Shown here piece after piece: positions 60,090-64,000 of a DNA stretch of 64,000 bases; position 1 is the stretch's first letter; each line of letters begins with the position of its first letter. The stretch spans positions 448,001 through 512,000 of the forward strand of contig CAWIIB010000001.1 in NCBI GenBank assembly GCA_963836075.1, read 5' to 3'. The notes below the pieces were generated by a model. It was not told the origin of the DNA, ran no database searches, and was given only the letters and a program-made list of their open reading frames with translations. The position numbers and the translations under genes were made by a program. This DNA is from an uncultured Acidobacteriota bacterium (GTDB taxonomy: Bacteria; Acidobacteriota; JAQAZP01).

Positions 60090-61100
60090 TCATTGCCGGC
60101 AGCGCAGTTCAAAGATGATCGTCGGCGCCATCAACCTCAGGGCGGCCGCGCTGAAGTTGTTCCCTGCCCTTCCTGACGGCCAGCCGTCGATGGTCAGGCG
60201 AACGATGCTGTTCGTGTCCAGCCGGCTGAATTCCCTGTTCAGCAAGGCTTTCAGTTCCAACTCTTCGAGACTGCTCACCTGCAGTTCAAGATCCACCATG
60301 GGGCTGGATGGCAGGGGAATGAAGCGCTCGCCGGTGATAAGCCCACGGCCGTCCTCCTTGCCCGCCAGGTCGAGCAGTATGTATCCCTTGGTCTCGTCCT
60401 TCTCGGCAAAGGCGGTGCGCTCGGTTGAACCGGGGTAGATCACCGGGGCGGGCAGGGGGCGTTCCTGCAGATCGTGTGTAAGGGTTTGCTGACGGTGAAT
60501 ATGACCGGAAAGCACCGCGGCAAACCCTTCCGGGATCATGCGGCCCGGGATGATGTCGTCGCCTCGGCGGAAGGTGTAGTTGTGCGGTCCAACCGTCGCC
60601 CCTTCCACGGACTGGTGCATGCAGAGCAGGCGGATGCCGGCCTCATGTCTGTCCCAGCCGGTTTCGGCCAGCAGACGGGGGAAGGCCTGCCGGATGCCGT
60701 TCCGCTGGCAGGGGAAGCCGGAGATGGCCAGCCGCTCCCCTTTCGCTTCGAAGATGAAGGTGCCGGGCTTGCGGAAGACATGGAGGTTCTCCAGGTCCCA
60801 GAGCAGGGGCAGCGGTGTTGCCGATCGCTCGTGGTTGCCGGGCACCAGGACGAAGGGGACACCGCGGTCGGTTACCTCGGCGATGATGTCCAGGGCTTTC
60901 TGCACCACGTCGGGCCGCACCTTGGAACGGAAGAAGATGTCGCCCCCGTGGATCACCAGGTCCACATCGCCTTTGCGGGCCGGTTCGAGGGCCCGCCTGA
61001 AGTTGTCGTAGAACTCGGGGCCGCGGCGGCGGCGCTCCACCCTGGGCCGCAGGGGGTCGTCAAACCCGAGGTGCGTGTCGGCAAGGAAGAGAACGCGCAT
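60090..61100 (-). CDS. SbcD/Mre11-like metallophosphoesterase nuclease
   Basis: ADTHLG, GGDIF, PGNHE, MHQ, SGHIH, YPGSTERTAFAE..KGY. Confidence 0.85.
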   Translation of the reverse strand: MRVLFLADTHLGFDDPLRPRVERRRRGPEFYDNFRRALEPARKGDVDLVIHGGDIFFRSKVRPDVVQKALDIIAEVTDRGVPFVLVPGNHERSATPLPLLWDLENLHVFRKPGTFIFEAKGERLAISGFPCQRNGIRQAFPRLLAETGWDRHEAGIRLLCMHQSVEGATVGPHNYTFRRGDDIIPGRMIPEGFAAVLSGHIHRQQTLTHDLQERPLPAPVIYPGSTERTAFAEKDETKGYILLDLAGKEDGRGLITGERFIPLPSSPMVDLELQVSSLEELELKALLNREFSRLDTNSIVRLTIDGWPSGRAGNNFSAAALRLMAPTIIFELRCRQ

Positions 61101-62731
61101 CAGACAAGCTCCAGTATGCTTACAAGCTTATCACCGGCCAGTCCCCTGCCCTGCCTCAGTTGCACCTCGGGATTGCGGCCGTCGCGGATCAGGCGGCGCA
61201 GTTCGGTGGTCAGCACCCGCAGGAGGTCGTATTGCTCAAGGGTATCAGGCGGATCCTCAGGCAGGGTCACGCTGCGCCGGACGTCGCCATCACGCTGATC
61301 CCAGCTTACCTCGGCGCCGGCCAGCAGCGTGAGCCAGCGGCCCCTGCGCAGCTGGTGCCCCACATTCATGGTCAGGCCGGTAAGCCTCCCGGCCACGATC
61401 TCGGGAGTGAGTTCGATCTCTTCCTCGTCAGCCTCCACCGTCTCCTCTTCCTCGAGCTTGCCCGTAGCCCTCGCGTCCCTCTCCAGACGCTGCCGTTCCC
61501 TCATCTCGAGCCAGAGGTCGCGGCCCAGCGTGCGCAAAGCCCTGGCCAGAGCTGCATCCCTCTCCAATTCGTGCATCTCGAGAAACAGCTCTGTGCCCTC
61601 TGTAAAAAGCCCGGGGTCGCAGGGTGCATGGTGCTCGAGCCAGAGTGTCTGCCAGGTCCCCTCAGCCACGGTCTCTGACCATTCACCAGCTGCCAGCCCA
61701 CCCACCAGTCGGAACCAGTTGCCGGCAAGGACAGTGTCGGTCATTGGGCAGGGGCGGCCCAACGGATAACCGATCTCCGCCGCCAGTGCGGCCACCTCGT
61801 CCGTCGAGCCGAAAGCCCTGCCGGCATCTCGCAGCGCCGTGTTGTACGGCGGATCCAGCCGCTTGATCTCGGCGGTTTCGAGGAGTGCGGCCTCGAGGCT
61901 GGTCTCAGTGGGCTCGGTCTCGATCCGTAAGGCCTGGCTGACGATCTCCAGTTCCTTGTCCGCGCGCCTGCGCCGGCGGTAGTAGCTGTTGACCCGGGAT
62001 TTGAGCGATGTGGCCTTGCCGACGTAGATAACCTTGTCCGCAGCGTTGATGAAGCGGTAGACACCGGGGCCGTCGGAGAGGGCCAACCGCTCCTCCCGGG
62101 CCAGCGGCACCGTCCACTGCTTGCCTCGGGGTGGTTTCCTTTTCGCCAGGAACTCGTCAAGGTCCTCGTAGGTAGCCACACCTTCCACATCAAGCAGCTC
62201 CACCAGCCTGGACCAGATGAACAGCGTGGCCCGCACATGCTCTGCGGCACGCTTCAGCTGGGGCAGGTGGTGGCCGAAGTAACCGGCCAGGGCCCGCATC
62301 CCCCTTCGCGGCAGGTCGGGCAGCAGGCGGCAGGCGATGCGGTGGGTGCAGATGAAGTGCAGGGGAAAAGGCCTGGTGGAACCGGTGGAATCGTGCAGGT
62401 GGCGGTAGAAACGCTCCTCGAAACTGGCGAAGTGGGCCAGGCAGCGTGATTGGCCAGGCGCGGCCTGCAGTTCTTTCCAAATCGCCACTGGCGGACGGGC
62501 CTTGAGCATCATCTCCATGGTGACGCCGGTGAGGCGGGAGATGCGGTTGGGGATCACCTCGCCGTCGGGCAGCTGGGCCAGGGCGGATTGGACATCCAGC
62601 TCATCAGGCGGGTCACCCGCCCGGGCCACGACCCAGGCCGCTTCCAGCAGGTGGCCGCTCTGCGGGGTGGAGCTGGTGGTCTGGCAGTCGGTGACCAGGA
62701 CCTCGCTCGATGCCAGCTCACCGGCGGCCAT
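61100..62731 (-). CDS. Degenerate DEDDh exonuclease-like domain fused to a UvrC/Cho-like GIY-YIG nuclease
   Basis: DCQTT, ISRLTGVT, AHFASFE, CT.RIA.RLLP; PGVYRF...IYVGKATSLKSRVNSYY, EAALLE..EIKRLDPPYN. Confidence 0.85.
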   Translation of the reverse strand: MAAGELASSEVLVTDCQTTSSTPQSGHLLEAAWVVARAGDPPDELDVQSALAQLPDGEVIPNRISRLTGVTMEMMLKARPPVAIWKELQAAPGQSRCLAHFASFEERFYRHLHDSTGSTRPFPLHFICTHRIACRLLPDLPRRGMRALAGYFGHHLPQLKRAAEHVRATLFIWSRLVELLDVEGVATYEDLDEFLAKRKPPRGKQWTVPLAREERLALSDGPGVYRFINAADKVIYVGKATSLKSRVNSYYRRRRRADKELEIVSQALRIETEPTETSLEAALLETAEIKRLDPPYNTALRDAGRAFGSTDEVAALAAEIGYPLGRPCPMTDTVLAGNWFRLVGGLAAGEWSETVAEGTWQTLWLEHHAPCDPGLFTEGTELFLEMHELERDAALARALRTLGRDLWLEMRERQRLERDARATGKLEEEETVEADEEEIELTPEIVAGRLTGLTMNVGHQLRRGRWLTLLAGAEVSWDQRDGDVRRSVTLPEDPPDTLEQYDLLRVLTTELRRLIRDGRNPEVQLRQGRGLAGDKLVSILELV

Positions 62732-62735
62732 GGTC

Positions 62736-64000
62736 TCAGCCCCCGGTGCGCTTGGCGCCGCGGCAGGCGTCCCAGTAGATGTAGCCGCAGAGCAGCAGCA
62801 CCAGCACGAGGCCCAGCCAGTTGCCGAAGGCACCGTTATTGGCAAGGTCGGGGATCAGACTGATGCCGAACTCGCTGTCGAGGTAGACGAAGACCGCACC
62901 CACCACTCCCATCAGCGCGCCGCCGGCGATGAAGCCCGAGGCGATCAGCGTGCCCCGCTCGTTGCGCTTGCGGCCCAGTTCCTCGTCATCCCCCCCGCTC
63001 TTCCTGACAAAGTGTGCCACCAGGGCGCCCAGCAGAATCGGGGAGTTGAGCTCGATGGGCAAATACATCCCCAGGGCAAAGGCCAGGCCGGAGATGCCCA
63101 GCATCTCCACGATCACCGCGATCACCGCGCCCACGCCGTAGAGCATCCAGGGCGCCGACTCGCTGACCATCAGGCTCTCGATCACCGCGGCCATGGCGTT
63201 GGGCTGGGGCGCCGGCATGGGGTTGGGGTGCAGCGGCCCGGGGGCGAAACCGTAGGTGTGGGCCAGCAGGATGATGGCGAAGCTCACCGCCACGCCGGAG
63301 ACGGCGCAGCCGAGGATGTTGCCCCACTGGATGGTGCGCGGTGTGGCGCCCAGCCAGTAGCCGATCTTGAACTCGGTGACCAGGGTGGCGGTCATGGAGA
63401 GCGCGGTGCAGACCACCCCGCCCACCAGCAGCACGGCCAGCATGCCGGCCTCGCCGCCCACGCCGGCCTTGATCAGCACGATACAGGTGACCACCAGCGT
63501 CATCAGGGTCATCCCCGAGATCGGCGTCACCCCGATCATGGCCACCGCCCGGGCCGAGACGCTGGCGAAGAGGAAGGAGATGACCAGGGTGATGGTCAGG
63601 GCAATGAGGCTGACGTAGGTGGCGTTGGGCAGACCGTCGAGCACCGAGAAGCGGAAGTAGAGCCAGAGCAGGACCACGGTGAGCGCCAGCAGGCCGAGCA
63701 CGGTGGACATCCTGATGTCGAGGTCGGTGCGCTGGGTGGAGGGCGCGGCGCCCTTGCTTCTGCTGCGGAAGATGTCGGCCATGCCGCTGGTCAGCGCGCT
63801 CCAGATCACCGGGGTGAGCTTGAGGATCCCGATCAGGCCGGCGGCGAAGATGCCGCCGATGCCGATGAAGCGCACGTGATCGAAGAAGATGTCCTCGGCC
63901 CCGAGGCCGGCGGCGGAGACCGGCAGCCCGTCAGGGCCCGGGGGCAGGCCGATGGCGGCCAGCAGCGGCACCAGCACGAACCAGGAGAGCATCGACCCGG
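62736..64000 (-). CDS. OPT-family oligopeptide transporter (5' part outside the window)
   Basis: RFIGIGGI, TPISGMTL, KIGYWLGATP..Q, PAPQ.NAM, LAFALGMYLP, GTLIASGFIAG. Confidence 0.9.
   Translation of the reverse strand, partial: GSMLSWFVLVPLLAAIGLPPGPDGLPVSAAGLGAEDIFFDHVRFIGIGGIFAAGLIGILKLTPVIWSALTSGMADIFRSRSKGAAPSTQRTDLDIRMSTVLGLLALTVVLLWLYFRFSVLDGLPNATYVSLIALTITLVISFLFASVSARAVAMIGVTPISGMTLMTLVVTCIVLIKAGVGGEAGMLAVLLVGGVVCTALSMTATLVTEFKIGYWLGATPRTIQWGNILGCAVSGVAVSFAIILLAHTYGFAPGPLHPNPMPAPQPNAMAAVIESLMVSESAPWMLYGVGAVIAVIVEMLGISGLAFALGMYLPIELNSPILLGALVAHFVRKSGGDDEELGRKRNERGTLIASGFIAGGALMGVVGAVFVYLDSEFGISLIPDLANNGAFGNWLGLVLVLLLCGYIYWDACRGAKRTGG

Noticed and set aside
57346-60090. Integron cassette array or prophage remnant
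   Set aside because: No integrase, no convincing attC structures, and genes are in mixed orientation
59958-60176. 72-aa ORF with a GGGAG SD
   Set aside because: It overlaps the 3' end of the SbcD-like gene on the other strand and has no motifs; at most a remnant

Overview
64 kb of a high-GC bacterial chromosome, probably from an anaerobe or facultative anaerobe and likely a long-read or metagenome assembly. It is densely coding, with about 40 genes. I found no rRNA, tRNA, CRISPR array, integrase or transposase. Recognisable housekeeping genes are lepA and hemW (together broken by four single-base insertions, most likely sequencing errors), a serA-like dehydrogenase, a eukaryotic-type citrate synthase, glgP, ptb-buk, ackA, an SDR-type threonine dehydrogenase, tricorn protease, nrdJ with two NrdR boxes, tldD-pmbA and aroC. 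There are seven radical SAM genes (four B12-binding) and three GT-C-type membrane glycosyltransferases. Best leads: (1) a DUF4956-CotH kinase-VTC operon, a possible bacterial polyphosphate synthesis/export and surface-phosphorylation module; (2) a DEDDh domain with substituted catalytic motifs fused to GIY-YIG and translationally coupled to an SbcD/Mre11-like nuclease with no SbcC; (3) a low-GC radical SAM + methyltransferase cassette bracketed by a 13-bp direct repeat and followed by a tiny Cys-containing ORF; (4) an orphan divergent IlvN heading a ptb-buk-glgP unit; (5) several REP-like palindromic elements. All family calls come from motif recognition by eye; no searches were run.
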